From Patescibacteria group bacterium (lineage in GTDB: Bacteria > Patescibacteriota > Minisyncoccia > Phycocordibacterales > UBA9973), in contig JBBUEH010000023.1 in the NCBI GenBank assembly GCA_038078255.1, forward strand, positions 1 to 35,955: a DNA stretch of 35,955 bases. The letters are read 5' to 3'. Both the position numbers and the translations under genes were made by a program. How positions within the stretch are numbered: position 1 is the first letter of the stretch; each line of letters opens with the position of its first letter. Below, piece after piece: positions 8,369 through 17,380 of this stretch. The notes below the pieces were generated by a model. The model was not told where the DNA came from. It made no database searches and saw only the letters and a program-made list of their open reading frames with translations.

Positions 8369-10045
8369 ATGCAGAAATACGGCGAGTTATTGAGGGAACT
8401 TTTAGAAAAAAGAGGTATCATCGATCCAGTTCAAGCCGAGATTTTTTTAAACCCAGATTATAAACGAGATTTACACGATCCATTTTTAATGAAAGATATG
8501 GAGAAAGCCTGCGTCCGTCTTTATGAAGCAATAGATAATAATGAAAAAATAATTATTTATGCGGACTATGATTGTGATGGAATCCCGGGGGCAGTAATAT
8601 TAGTAGATTTATTAAAAGAAATAAAATACAAAAATTACGAAGTTTACATTCCACAAAGGAATTCCGAAGGGTACGGGCTAAATTTAGAAGCTATCAAGCA
8701 ATTTACCAAGTCTGAAGTGAAGTTGTTGATAACTATTGATCTCGGCATTACAGCAGTGGCTGAAGTGGCGCAAGCTGAAGTGGATGGTATTGATGTCATT
8801 ATTACGGATCACCACTTACCTCAAGATGTTTTACCTCGTGCATATGCAATTTTAAATCCTAAAGTGGATGATTATTCTGAAAAAATGCTGTGTGGATCCG
8901 GAGTGATATTTAAATTTGCGCAAGGATTTATAAAAAAGTATGGAGAATATTTTAAGACAAAAGAAGGCGCTGAAAAATGGATGCTCGACATGGCGGGATT
9001 AGCGACCCTCTCCGATATGGTTCCGCTTTTGGGCGAGAATAGAGCTCTGGCATATTTTGGTCTGAAAGTTTTAAGGAAGTCTCCTCGTCCGGGGTTGCAA
9101 AAACTTCTGGCAAAAATAAACATTGACCAAAAATATCTAACCGAAGATGATGTGGGTTTCATGATAACTCCACGGCTGAACGCTGCTTCACGGATGGATG
9201 ATCCGATGCGAGCATTTGAACTTCTGGCAACAGGGGATGAGGTGGAGGCGGGTAGGCTGGCCGACCATTTGTCAAAAATAAATGACGAAAGGAAAAGCAT
9301 TGTTGCGGGGATTATGCGTGAAATAAATAAAAAGTTTGAGAAGAGAGAAATGAGAGAAGTAATAGTTGTTGGTAGTCCAGATTGGCGGGTGGGTGTTTTG
9401 GGTCTGGTGGCCGGAAAAATTTCTGATGAATACCAAAAGCCGGTTTTTGTTTGGGGGAAAGATGAGAATGATTGTATCAAAGGTTCTTGTCGAAGTGATG
9501 GCTCAGTGTCTATCGTCGAACTCATGACGGAAACTCGAGAATCTTTTATAGATTTTGGCGGGCATGAATTGGCCGGAGGATTCACTGTCCACAGTGACAA
9601 AATTCATTTTCTAGAAGAAGTACTATCTAATAATTTTAAGAAAATTATTTCTGCTGATCTCCCCCTTACTAAGGGGGAGGTGCCAAAGGCGGAGGGGGTA
9701 TTTGATGTAAAATTGACCCTAGGAGAGGTCAATCTAAAAAACTGGAAAGAAATAGAAAAGCTGGCGCCCTTTGGTCTGGGCAATCCGAAGCCTGTTTTCT
9801 TTTTCGAGGGTGTAAAAATAGAAAAAATAAAAAAGTTTGGCAAAAATGGCTCGGGAGAACATTTGGAAATTATTTTTTCTGACGGAGGTGGCGCAAAAGC
9901 TAAGGCGATTTCCTTTTTTTCTAATCACGATTCTTTTGAAACTAAATTATCCGAAGGACTAAATGTCAATTTGCTTGCGTCGTTCGATTTATCTAGATTT
10001 CGGGGCAGAGAAGAGTTAAGATTAAGGGTGGAAGATATTATGTAA
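8369..10045 (+). CDS. recJ: Single-stranded-DNA exonuclease RecJ
   Basis: DYDCDG, ITIDLG, TDHH, PRLNAASR, GSCRS, GGHELAGG, LAPFGLGNPKP. Start moved to ATG 8369, which avoids the overlap with the HIT gene and has an extended -10 at 8353-8361. Confidence 0.95.
   Translation: MQKYGELLRELLEKRGIIDPVQAEIFLNPDYKRDLHDPFLMKDMEKACVRLYEAIDNNEKIIIYADYDCDGIPGAVILVDLLKEIKYKNYEVYIPQRNSEGYGLNLEAIKQFTKSEVKLLITIDLGITAVAEVAQAEVDGIDVIITDHHLPQDVLPRAYAILNPKVDDYSEKMLCGSGVIFKFAQGFIKKYGEYFKTKEGAEKWMLDMAGLATLSDMVPLLGENRALAYFGLKVLRKSPRPGLQKLLAKINIDQKYLTEDDVGFMITPRLNAASRMDDPMRAFELLATGDEVEAGRLADHLSKINDERKSIVAGIMREINKKFEKREMREVIVVGSPDWRVGVLGLVAGKISDEYQKPVFVWGKDENDCIKGSCRSDGSVSIVELMTETRESFIDFGGHELAGGFTVHSDKIHFLEEVLSNNFKKIISADLPLTKGEVPKAEGVFDVKLTLGEVNLKNWKEIEKLAPFGLGNPKPVFFFEGVKIEKIKKFGKNGSGEHLEIIFSDGGGAKAKAISFFSNHDSFETKLSEGLNVNLLASFDLSRFRGREELRLRVEDIM
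9659..9699. repeat. GC-rich palindromic mini-element in frame in recJ
   Basis: ctccccctt-act-aagggggag, then gcc-aaa-ggc, then ggagggggt. Read as LPLTKGEVPKAEG in an AT-rich linker. Confidence 0.7.
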
Positions 10046-10051
10046 AAAACT

Positions 10052-10537
10052 ATGATAAAACAAGATAAAGTAAAAATTTATACCGACGGAGCGGCGAAGG
10101 GCAATCCTGGGCGGGCAGGCTGGGGGGTGGTTTTTCTGGTGGGGGTGAATGATAAAGTGATTGAGATAGGTGGAAGTGTAAATCATGCGACGAATAATCA
10201 GATGGAATTGACAGCGCCGATAGAAGCGTTGAAATATATTTTGACTAGGCAAGACCTAGTCGGGTGTAATATAGAGATTATTTCTGATTCTAAATATGTA
10301 ATTTTGGGAATCACGGAGTGGATTTTCAACTGGCAGAAAAATAATTGGCGGAATGCCAACAGAAAGCCAGTCTTAAATCGGGAACTCTGGGAAGAACTTT
10401 ATGAACTTACGAATGAGTTGAAACCAAAATGGACCTATGTTAAAGGGCATAATGGGAACAAGTGGAACGATAGAACAGACCTAATTGCTACGAGCTTTGC
10501 CGAGGGTGAGCCAGTGGAACTTAAGAATAATAAGTAA
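10052..10537 (+). CDS. rnhA: Ribonuclease HI
   Basis: YTDGA.KGNPG, TNNQMEL, SDSKYV, W..NNW, VKGH.G..WND..D. Confidence 0.95.
   Translation: MIKQDKVKIYTDGAAKGNPGRAGWGVVFLVGVNDKVIEIGGSVNHATNNQMELTAPIEALKYILTRQDLVGCNIEIISDSKYVILGITEWIFNWQKNNWRNANRKPVLNRELWEELYELTNELKPKWTYVKGHNGNKWNDRTDLIATSFAEGEPVELKNNK
10243..10261. repeat. Single AGG-N5-CCT palindromic unit in frame in rnhA
   Basis: gactagg-caaga-cctagtc; the aggcaagacct core is identical to the comEC unit at 10913-10923. Confidence 0.6.
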
Positions 10538-10542
10538 GTTAA

Positions 10543-12054
10543 ATGCAAGATAGAATTTTTTATGGAGCTTGTTTTGGTTTTGTATTTGGAGTATTTTTGC
10601 GTTCCTTGGTTTTTGTAAATATTTATTGGGCGGTTTGGATTGGAGTAGTATCGTTTTTTCTAGTTTTATTTTTCAGCTTAGTTTCAAAGAATAATTGGGG
10701 AATTGTAATTTCGGTTTTCGTATTAGTATTTTCTTTGGGAATTTTAAGGTTTCATGTTGCTGATAAAATAGCACCGAGAATTTTAGAATTACAAGTGGGA
10801 CAAAAGGTAACTTTTTTCGGGAAAATTGTAGATGCGCCGGATATCAGAGAAAATAATCAAAAATTAACTGTTGAAATTTTGGCTCCTCAAGGTCTTGCCT
10901 TGGAATCTTTAAAGGCAAGACCTTTTCTCGCCAAAATTTTAGTCACGACAAATTTCGGTCAGGATTTTAAATATGGCGACCAGGTAAACTTTTCTGGCCG
11001 TTTAGAAAAACCAGAAAACTTTAGCACTGATCAGGGGAAAGAATTTGATTATATAAATTATTTACGCAAAGATGGAATATTTTTCGTCATGAATTATGGG
11101 AATGTAGAAATTATTTCGAGAGGAAACGGCAACAGAGTAAAAAGTGCGCTCTTTTTTGTTAAAGAAAAATTTCTGGAAAAAATGAATTTTGTAATATCTT
11201 CTCCTGAGAATTTACTGATGGGAGGACTTATTTTGGGTGAAAAATCTGCCTTTAATCAGGAATTAAGGACTAGTTTTGTGGATACAGGTACGATTCACAT
11301 CGTTGCCTTGTCTGGTTATAATGTGACAATAATTGCAGAATGGTTGATGAAATTATTTAAATTTTTGCCCCAAAATCTCGGTATCGGGGTGGGGATCTTT
11401 GCGATTTTACTTTTTGTTTTAATGACAGGAGGAAGTTCCACGGCGGTTCGGGCGGGAATAATGGCCACGCTAGTATTGGTGGCCCGGGCGACCGGGAGAA
11501 ACTATGATGTCGCCCGGGCGCTCTTGCTCGCTGGGGTTCTGATGATTTTTATCAACCCATTTGTGCTTGTCCATGATGTGTCTTTTCAACTTTCTTTCAT
11601 TGCTACGGTGGCGGTTATATTTTTTACTCCCAAAATTGAAAAATATTTTTTATGGGTGCCAGATTATTTCAAATTGCGGGACATAATTTCTGTCACCTGC
11701 GCCGCTTATGTCTTCGTTTTGCCTTTTATTCTTTATAAAATGGGTAATCTTTCCTTCGTTGCCTTGCCGGCGAATTTTTTAGTTTTACCTTTTATTCCAT
11801 TTACGATGATACTTGGCTTCCTCACTGGTTTTGCAGGATTTGTCTCACATACTCTGGCTGTGCCCCTGGGATTTTTATCTTATTTATTTCTGCGCTACGA
11901 ACTGGCCGTAATTAATTTTTTTGCACACATCCCCTTTGCCTCACTTTCTTTCCCTAATTTCCCACTTATCTTGACCTTTCTAATTTATGCCTATTTTATT
12001 TATATGCTTTTTGGCAGGAGTATAAAAGATTTCTTTTTAGAAAATCAAAAATAA
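10543..12054 (+). CDS. comEC: ComEC/Rec2 DNA-uptake channel (N-terminal OB/DUF4131-type + competence membrane domain, no MBL domain)
   Basis: FDYINYL, GTIHIVALSGYNV, STAVRAGIM, DVSFQLSF; many TM segments. Confidence 0.92.
   Translation: MQDRIFYGACFGFVFGVFLRSLVFVNIYWAVWIGVVSFFLVLFFSLVSKNNWGIVISVFVLVFSLGILRFHVADKIAPRILELQVGQKVTFFGKIVDAPDIRENNQKLTVEILAPQGLALESLKARPFLAKILVTTNFGQDFKYGDQVNFSGRLEKPENFSTDQGKEFDYINYLRKDGIFFVMNYGNVEIISRGNGNRVKSALFFVKEKFLEKMNFVISSPENLLMGGLILGEKSAFNQELRTSFVDTGTIHIVALSGYNVTIIAEWLMKLFKFLPQNLGIGVGIFAILLFVLMTGGSSTAVRAGIMATLVLVARATGRNYDVARALLLAGVLMIFINPFVLVHDVSFQLSFIATVAVIFFTPKIEKYFLWVPDYFKLRDIISVTCAAYVFVLPFILYKMGNLSFVALPANFLVLPFIPFTMILGFLTGFAGFVSHTLAVPLGFLSYLFLRYELAVINFFAHIPFASLSFPNFPLILTFLIYAYFIYMLFGRSIKDFFLENQK
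10889..10924. repeat. Inverted doublet of AAGG-N5-CCTT units in frame in comEC
   Basis: aaggtcttgcctt-N10-aaggcaagacctt, a perfect 13-bp inverted repeat; read as QGLALESLKARP. Confidence 0.8.
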
Positions 12055-12151
12055 GATTTTTGCCGGTACGGATTTTTTGAAGCTTAAAAAATCCTGAAAT
12101 TCTCGGCTCGTCAGCCTCGAAACCCCTTAAAAACCTTATTTTTGATTTTCT
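12039..12151. repeat. Palindromic mini-element family A, copy 2, between convergent comEC and sod
   Basis: Core 12064-12127 matches 1031-1094 at 63/64. Arms agaaaatcaaaaataagattttt / aaaaaccttatttttgattttct (22/23 complementary); the left arm contains the comEC stop. Confidence 0.9.
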
Positions 12152-12155
12152 TTTT

Positions 12156-12746
12156 TTATTGAGCCTCTGTAAAATTTTTCTCTACCACTTTCCAATTTAG
12201 ATTTTCAAAAAAATCTTCAATATATTGTTTTTTGCCACTGGGTTGGTAATCAAAAACGAAAGAATGTTCCCACATATCTAGAGCCAGAACAAGTGTGCAG
12301 TCTTGAAGTTGCCCCAGATGCTGTTCATCTACCCATGCGTTCAACAACCTTTTTTCTTTCCTATCATAGTAGAGCATTGCCCAGCCAATGCCACGGGTCA
12401 GGGCAATAGATTTGAAACGATTGAGCCATGCGTCAAAAGAGCCCCATTCTTCTGCGATGGTTTTTTTTAATTCGCTGTTTTCGTCCAGAACCTGAGGTCC
12501 ACCAGAAAGAGACTGGAAATAAACTTCATGATTTCGCATGCCATTGTATTCAAAGCCAAATCGTCTCTGGACTTCACCCAGTGCGTAGGCGTTTTTTTCC
12601 GCATCTAATGCTAATTCATTAATTTTTTCCAATATTAGGTTAGTATGTTTGACATAGCCTGCATAGAGTTTCAAATGCTCTTCAATGTTTTTAGCCGAGA
12701 GGCCCTTCAACTCCCCAATATTAAATTTCATTTCTTCAAATTTCAT
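12156..12746 (-). CDS. Fe/Mn superoxide dismutase family protein
   Basis: EHLKLYAGYV, NHEVYF, GIGWA, LDMWEHSF metal-ligand motifs. Start set at ATG 12746 (MKFEE). Confidence 0.9.
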   Translation of the reverse strand: MKFEEMKFNIGELKGLSAKNIEEHLKLYAGYVKHTNLILEKINELALDAEKNAYALGEVQRRFGFEYNGMRNHEVYFQSLSGGPQVLDENSELKKTIAEEWGSFDAWLNRFKSIALTRGIGWAMLYYDRKEKRLLNAWVDEQHLGQLQDCTLVLALDMWEHSFVFDYQPSGKKQYIEDFFENLNWKVVEKNFTEAQ

Positions 12747-12764
12747 ATATGTTAATATTGTAAC

Positions 12765-13646
12765 ATGTTTCAACAATACAAAACACCTATCCAAAAGTAT
12801 GGCTTATTTTTTCTTACCCTATTACTTTTAGTGATTACCGTTTTTCTTTTCTACCTTGATTTGAAAAGCTGGAGCAGAGGTTTTACTTTTGCTGTGTTGG
12901 ATATTGGGCAAGGCGATGCGCTTTTTATAGAATCTCCGACGGGGACGCAGATTTTGGTGGACGGCGGTCCACCCCGCAAAATATCGGGTCAGCTGGCGCA
13001 GGTCATGTCGCCTTTCGATAGACACCTAGATGCGATCATTATTACGAATCCTGATCAAGATCATATGGGCGGATTTCTAGATGTTTTGAAAGTTTATAAA
13101 GTTGATAAGGTGTTCGAATCCGGCACACGCAATGATTCTAAAATTTATCAAAATCTTAAAGAAGAAATAAAAAATAAAAATATTCAAAATATTCAAGCGG
13201 AGAAGGGAATGCGACTTCATCTAGGCGGTGGCGTAGTGCTAGATGTTTTATTTCCCGATAGAGATGTTTCTGCTTGGTCGCCAAATGATGGTTCAATAGT
13301 AATGAAGTTGAGTTACGGTAAAATATCCATCATGTTGACTGGAGATAGTACGGCAAGAACAGAGAAAATAGTGCTGGATGAATTTTCTGAAAGAGCGCTC
13401 AAAAGTACTGTTTTAAAAGTTCCTCATCATGGCTCTCGTACTTCTTCGTCTGCCCCATTTGTGCAAGCTATTTCTCCAGACTATGCCCTGATTTCAAATG
13501 GGGAAAATAATAAATATGGTCATCCACACCAAGAAACTCTGGACACTTTGACTCAATTAGGTGCCGAAATTTTCCGCACTGATTTGCTCGGCACTATTAT
13601 CCTGAAATCTGATGGCGAGAATATCGAGTTTTCATTTAAAAAGTAG
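12765..13646 (+). CDS. Stand-alone ComEC-type metallo-beta-lactamase-fold protein with N-terminal membrane anchor
   Basis: LDIGQGDA, VDGG, TNPDQDHMGG, NDGSIV, LTGD, KVPHHGS, NKYGHPH, RTDLLGTI. Confidence 0.88.
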   Translation: MFQQYKTPIQKYGLFFLTLLLLVITVFLFYLDLKSWSRGFTFAVLDIGQGDALFIESPTGTQILVDGGPPRKISGQLAQVMSPFDRHLDAIIITNPDQDHMGGFLDVLKVYKVDKVFESGTRNDSKIYQNLKEEIKNKNIQNIQAEKGMRLHLGGGVVLDVLFPDRDVSAWSPNDGSIVMKLSYGKISIMLTGDSTARTEKIVLDEFSERALKSTVLKVPHHGSRTSSSAPFVQAISPDYALISNGENNKYGHPHQETLDTLTQLGAEIFRTDLLGTIILKSDGENIEFSFKK

Positions 13647-13664
13647 TTGTGATATTATGAAACC

Positions 13665-14909
13665 ATGCGAGACAAACTAGTAGAAAAATTAATCAAAGGA
13701 GAGGAAAAAAGACAGGCGGAGGGTTTGGAGCTCATACCATCTGAAAATTATGTTTCCGAGGATGTGTTGAAAGCCAATGGTTCGGTTTTTACCAATAAAT
13801 ATTCTGAAGGCTATCCGGGTCGCAGGTATTATGGCGGACAAGAATTTACAGATCAGATAGAACGATTGGCGATAGAAAGAGCTTGTAAATTATTTAAATG
13901 TAAATTTGCGAATGTCCAACCGCATTCTGGCGCTCCGGCAAACTTGGCTGTGTATGCGGCACTCCTTTCACCCGGAGATACAGTCCTCGGAATGGATCTT
14001 TCTCATGGAGGGCATCTGACCCATGGACATCCGATGACTCTTCCGGCGAAGATTTACAAATTTGTTACTTATAAAATGAAAAATCCGGAAACGGGAGAAA
14101 TTGATTATGAAAATCTTCGCAGGGTGGCTTTGGAACATAAACCAAAAATAATTCTTGCCGGATTTTCGGCATACTCCCGAACCCTTGATTATAAAAAATT
14201 TGTAGAAATTGCGCACGAAGTAGGGGCGATCACCATGGCAGACATGGCGCACATTGCTGGACTGATTGCCGCCGGAGTTCTTCGTAATCCGTTTGATGAT
14301 GGTTTTGACATTATTACTTCTACTACCCACAAAACGCTTCGTGGCCCAAGAGGAGGAATTATTCTGACGAGAGAAAGTGAAGAGATTGCCAAGAAAATAG
14401 ATAAATCAATTTTTCCCGGCATTCAGGGTGGTCCGCATATGCATATTATTGCAGCGAAGGCAGTGGCTTTTAGAGAAGCCATGACGCCAAAATATAAACA
14501 ATATGCGAAGCAAATTTTAAAAAATGCCAAAGCGATGGCGGAAGTTCTGAAGAAAAATAAAATTCGCATGATCGGAGGCGGGACAGACAATCACCTCATT
14601 CTGGCTGATGTTTTTGGCTCTTTAGGGGTGACAGGGAAAGAAGCTCAGACGGTGCTTGATGAAGTGGGGATAACCCTCAATATGAATTCTATTGCGGGAG
14701 ATACCAGGAAGCCTCTCGATCCTTCAGGCATTCGCTTTGGCACGCCGGCGATCACCACCAGAGGTTTCAAAGAGAAAGAATGCAAACGAGTCGCCGAATT
14801 GATGATTATAGTTCTTAAAAATAAAGATGATAAAAAATTAAAAGAAAAAGTGCATAAAGAAATCAAAGCTCTGGCGAAAAAGTTTCCAATTCCTAAGAAG
14901 TTTGTGTAA
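13665..14909 (+). CDS. glyA: Serine hydroxymethyltransferase
   Basis: LIPSENY, NKYSEGYPGRRYYGG, GGHLTHG, TTHKTLRGPRGG (PLP lysine), SGIRFGTPAITTRG. Confidence 0.97.
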   Translation: MRDKLVEKLIKGEEKRQAEGLELIPSENYVSEDVLKANGSVFTNKYSEGYPGRRYYGGQEFTDQIERLAIERACKLFKCKFANVQPHSGAPANLAVYAALLSPGDTVLGMDLSHGGHLTHGHPMTLPAKIYKFVTYKMKNPETGEIDYENLRRVALEHKPKIILAGFSAYSRTLDYKKFVEIAHEVGAITMADMAHIAGLIAAGVLRNPFDDGFDIITSTTHKTLRGPRGGIILTRESEEIAKKIDKSIFPGIQGGPHMHIIAAKAVAFREAMTPKYKQYAKQILKNAKAMAEVLKKNKIRMIGGGTDNHLILADVFGSLGVTGKEAQTVLDEVGITLNMNSIAGDTRKPLDPSGIRFGTPAITTRGFKEKECKRVAELMIIVLKNKDDKKLKEKVHKEIKALAKKFPIPKKFV

Positions 14910-14915
14910 AATTTT

Positions 14916-15638
14916 ATGAAATCAAATAAAAAGGTTGTTGTCATAACAGGAGGGAATAGTGGACTAGGAAAAGCGACGGCTAAAATTTTAGCTCTCAAAA
15001 ATAAAGTTGTAATTTTGGGCAAAAATGTGAAAGAAATAAAAAAAACTTCGAAAGAATTGGGATGCGAAGGAATTATTTGTGATATTACTGATGAAAAACA
15101 AATTCAAGATGCATTTTCTCAAATTATAAAAAAATATAAAAAAGTTGACTGCTTAATAAATTGCGCAGGAGTTTGGATCAAAGGTCCGATTGATGAAAAT
15201 AGTCCGAGTGAAATACGAAATACTATTTTAGTAAACACGCTTGGAACTATTTTGACGGTAAATGCCTTAGTGCCTCAGTTTAAAAAACAAAAAAGAGGGA
15301 GAATTATTAACATAATTTCACAAGCTGGTATTAATGTAAAAGTTGATCGTTCTGTATACGGTGCCTCAAAGTGGGCTATAACAGGTTTTACTAAGTGTCT
15401 TCAAATGGAATTAAATCCTTTCAATATTAGTGTTGTGGGATTTTATCCTGGATTTTTTCATACTAATATTTTTGAAAAAGCGGGAGATCATAAAACTGAT
15501 TTTAGCGCTGCGATGCCTGTAGCTAAATTGGCCGAGACACTAGTTTATTTGGTAAATATTGATGATGATTTGGTGATAAATGGCTTTGAGATACAATCAT
15601 TAAAAAAATCTTCTGCACAACATGGTTACTTTACTTAA
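14916..15638 (+). CDS. Short-chain dehydrogenase/reductase
   Basis: TGGNSGLG, NCAG, YGASK motifs. Confidence 0.9.
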   Translation: MKSNKKVVVITGGNSGLGKATAKILALKNKVVILGKNVKEIKKTSKELGCEGIICDITDEKQIQDAFSQIIKKYKKVDCLINCAGVWIKGPIDENSPSEIRNTILVNTLGTILTVNALVPQFKKQKRGRIINIISQAGINVKVDRSVYGASKWAITGFTKCLQMELNPFNISVVGFYPGFFHTNIFEKAGDHKTDFSAAMPVAKLAETLVYLVNIDDDLVINGFEIQSLKKSSAQHGYFT

Positions 15639-15661
15639 CTAAAGTGAAAGAAAATAAAAAT

Positions 15662-15754
15662 ATGGAACTACAAGTTGGAGTAAAAATAATTTTACAAAAC
15701 AAAGAAGGGCTAGATCAATATTTCAAAGAAGTTTTTAATAAAATAGATTTCTGA
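15662..15754 (+). pseudogene. 30-codon remnant, possibly an internally deleted NUDIX hydrolase
   Basis: MELQVGVKIILQNKEG-LDQYFKEVFNKIDF*. First half resembles the opening beta-strands of small NUDIX proteins; no Nudix box. Confidence 0.45.
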
Positions 15755-15766
15755 TATAGTTGTTCT

Positions 15767-16465
15767 ATGGCAAAGAAAGGCAAACTCATCGTCATAGATG
15801 GGACAGATGGTAGCGGGAAAGCGACCCAGGTCAAGCTTCTGGCGCAGAGTCTGAAGAGTGAAGGGTATAAAATAAAAATAGTTGATTTTCCAGAATACTA
15901 CAAAAATTTTTTTGGCGCTTTCATTGGCCACTGTCTTTCCGAACAGTATTATAATTTTCTAAATGTACATCCAAAGATAGCTTCGACTTTGTATGCGGCC
16001 GATCGCTGGGAATCTAGCGGTGAAATAAAAAGTTGGCTACAGAGAGGGTTTATCGTGATAGCCAATCGATATGTTTCGGCCAATCAGATCCATCAAGGAG
16101 GAAAAATCAAGAGCACAAAAAAAAGAAATAGTTTTATTAAATGGCTCAACCAAATGGAATACGAAGTGTTTGGTATTCCGAAACCTGACCTTACTTTGTA
16201 TTTGGATTTGCCCACTAAAATTGTTTTGCGTCTTTTAAAACATCGTGAAAGTAGTAAAATGAAAAGAGCTTATTTGAAAAAGAAAAAAGATGTTCACGAA
16301 AATGATGTTGATTTCTTAATAAATTCTCGCAAAAGCGCTATCTGGCTTTCGAAGTTTTTGAAAAATTTTATCAAAATTGATTGTGCCCCAAAGGGTGAGA
16401 TTTTAAAGAGAGAAATAATCCACGAAAAAATTTATGAAAAAGTTAAAAAAATTCTTAAAACATAG
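15767..16465 (+). CDS. tmk: Thymidylate kinase
   Basis: LIVIDGTDGSGKATQ P-loop, LYAADRW, NRYVSAN, PKPDLTLYLD. Confidence 0.9.
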   Translation: MAKKGKLIVIDGTDGSGKATQVKLLAQSLKSEGYKIKIVDFPEYYKNFFGAFIGHCLSEQYYNFLNVHPKIASTLYAADRWESSGEIKSWLQRGFIVIANRYVSANQIHQGGKIKSTKKRNSFIKWLNQMEYEVFGIPKPDLTLYLDLPTKIVLRLLKHRESSKMKRAYLKKKKDVHENDVDFLINSRKSAIWLSKFLKNFIKIDCAPKGEILKREIIHEKIYEKVKKILKT

Positions 16466-17024
16466 AAAACCCGTTGTAGTCTTCATTTATGGGGCTCCAG
16501 CTGTTGGTAAATACACCACAGCCAAAAAATTGGCGAGAATTACCGGTTTTAAACTTTTACATAGTCATGCGATTAGAGATTTAGTCTTTGGATTTTTTAA
16601 CTCTAATAGAGAAAATATACATGGACAAGAAATTTGGAAATCATTCTATTTAAATTTTACAGAAGGAATAATGAAAGAAAAAGTAAATATTATATTTACA
16701 CATACCCATGCTCGGAATAGGATATATTGTAGCGGTCTGTCGGGCTTAAAATTTGTGGATAATATAGTAAAAGTTGTAAAAAGAAACGAAGGAATTTTCT
16801 ATCCAGTTCACCTTGTTTGCGAGGATGAGGAGTTGTTTAAGAGAATAGTGTCACCGTCACGAAAAAATTTCGGCAAAGCCTGTACTGTAAAAGAATTAAA
16901 ATGGATGCTTAGAAATCGGGACTATAAAACATCGCTGCTCATGAAAAATAATTTTATTATTAACAATACCAGGATATCGGCAAAAAGAACTGCTAAAATC
17001 ATTAAAGATCATTTTAATCTATGA
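16434..17024 (+). CDS. P-loop nucleoside/shikimate kinase-like protein
   Basis: VVFIYGAPAVGKYT Walker A; VHLVC..EELFKRI..PSR lid-like segment. Start uncertain because of the tmk overlap. Confidence 0.7.
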   Translation: MKKLKKFLKHRKPVVVFIYGAPAVGKYTTAKKLARITGFKLLHSHAIRDLVFGFFNSNRENIHGQEIWKSFYLNFTEGIMKEKVNIIFTHTHARNRIYCSGLSGLKFVDNIVKVVKRNEGIFYPVHLVCEDEELFKRIVSPSRKNFGKACTVKELKWMLRNRDYKTSLLMKNNFIINNTRISAKRTAKIIKDHFNL

Positions 17025-17031
17025 AAATTTT

Positions 17032-17352
17032 ATGGTTAAAATAAACGTAGAATATGTGAGTGCTAATATAAAAAAGTTTATCACCAATTTAGATATTAAT
17101 TCTAACGCTAGCGTGAAGCATGCACTTTATGAATTGTATTTTATGGGAAATGAACTTACCTTTCCACTTTCTAGGTCGATTGGAGATAAAATGTTTGAAC
17201 TCAGAGTGACTAATCCGGAACATATAAGAATTATCTATGCTTTCTATAAAAATACAGCTTGGATTTTGCATGTGTTTAAAAAGAAAAGTAATAAAATACC
17301 ACAGAAGGAAATAGAGCTTGCAAAACAAAGACTTAAAATGCTTACTAGCTAA
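17032..17352 (+). CDS. RelE/ParE-superfamily toxin (HigB/Gp49-like)
   Basis: MFELRV...RIIYAF...ILHVFKKKSNKIPQKEIELAKQRL; lies upstream of an HTH gene. Confidence 0.85.
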   Translation: MVKINVEYVSANIKKFITNLDINSNASVKHALYELYFMGNELTFPLSRSIGDKMFELRVTNPEHIRIIYAFYKNTAWILHVFKKKSNKIPQKEIELAKQRLKMLTS

Positions 17353-17380
17353 TATTACATATGTGTGATATATTTAATCC

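Noticed and set aside
8872-9600. 242-aa antisense ORF in recJ, and similar shadow ORFs elsewhere
   Set aside because: Lies wholly opposite a well-supported gene and has no recognisable motifs.
1031-12127. CRISPR repeats or tRNA/ncRNA genes
   Set aside because: Only two copies 11 kb apart, no repeat-spacer periodicity, no cas genes, no cloverleaf.
12165-12178. 14-nt match ctctgtaaaatttt between the sod 3' end and the 6547 element arm
   Set aside because: AT-rich, encodes ordinary SOD C-terminal residues, and has no partner arm.
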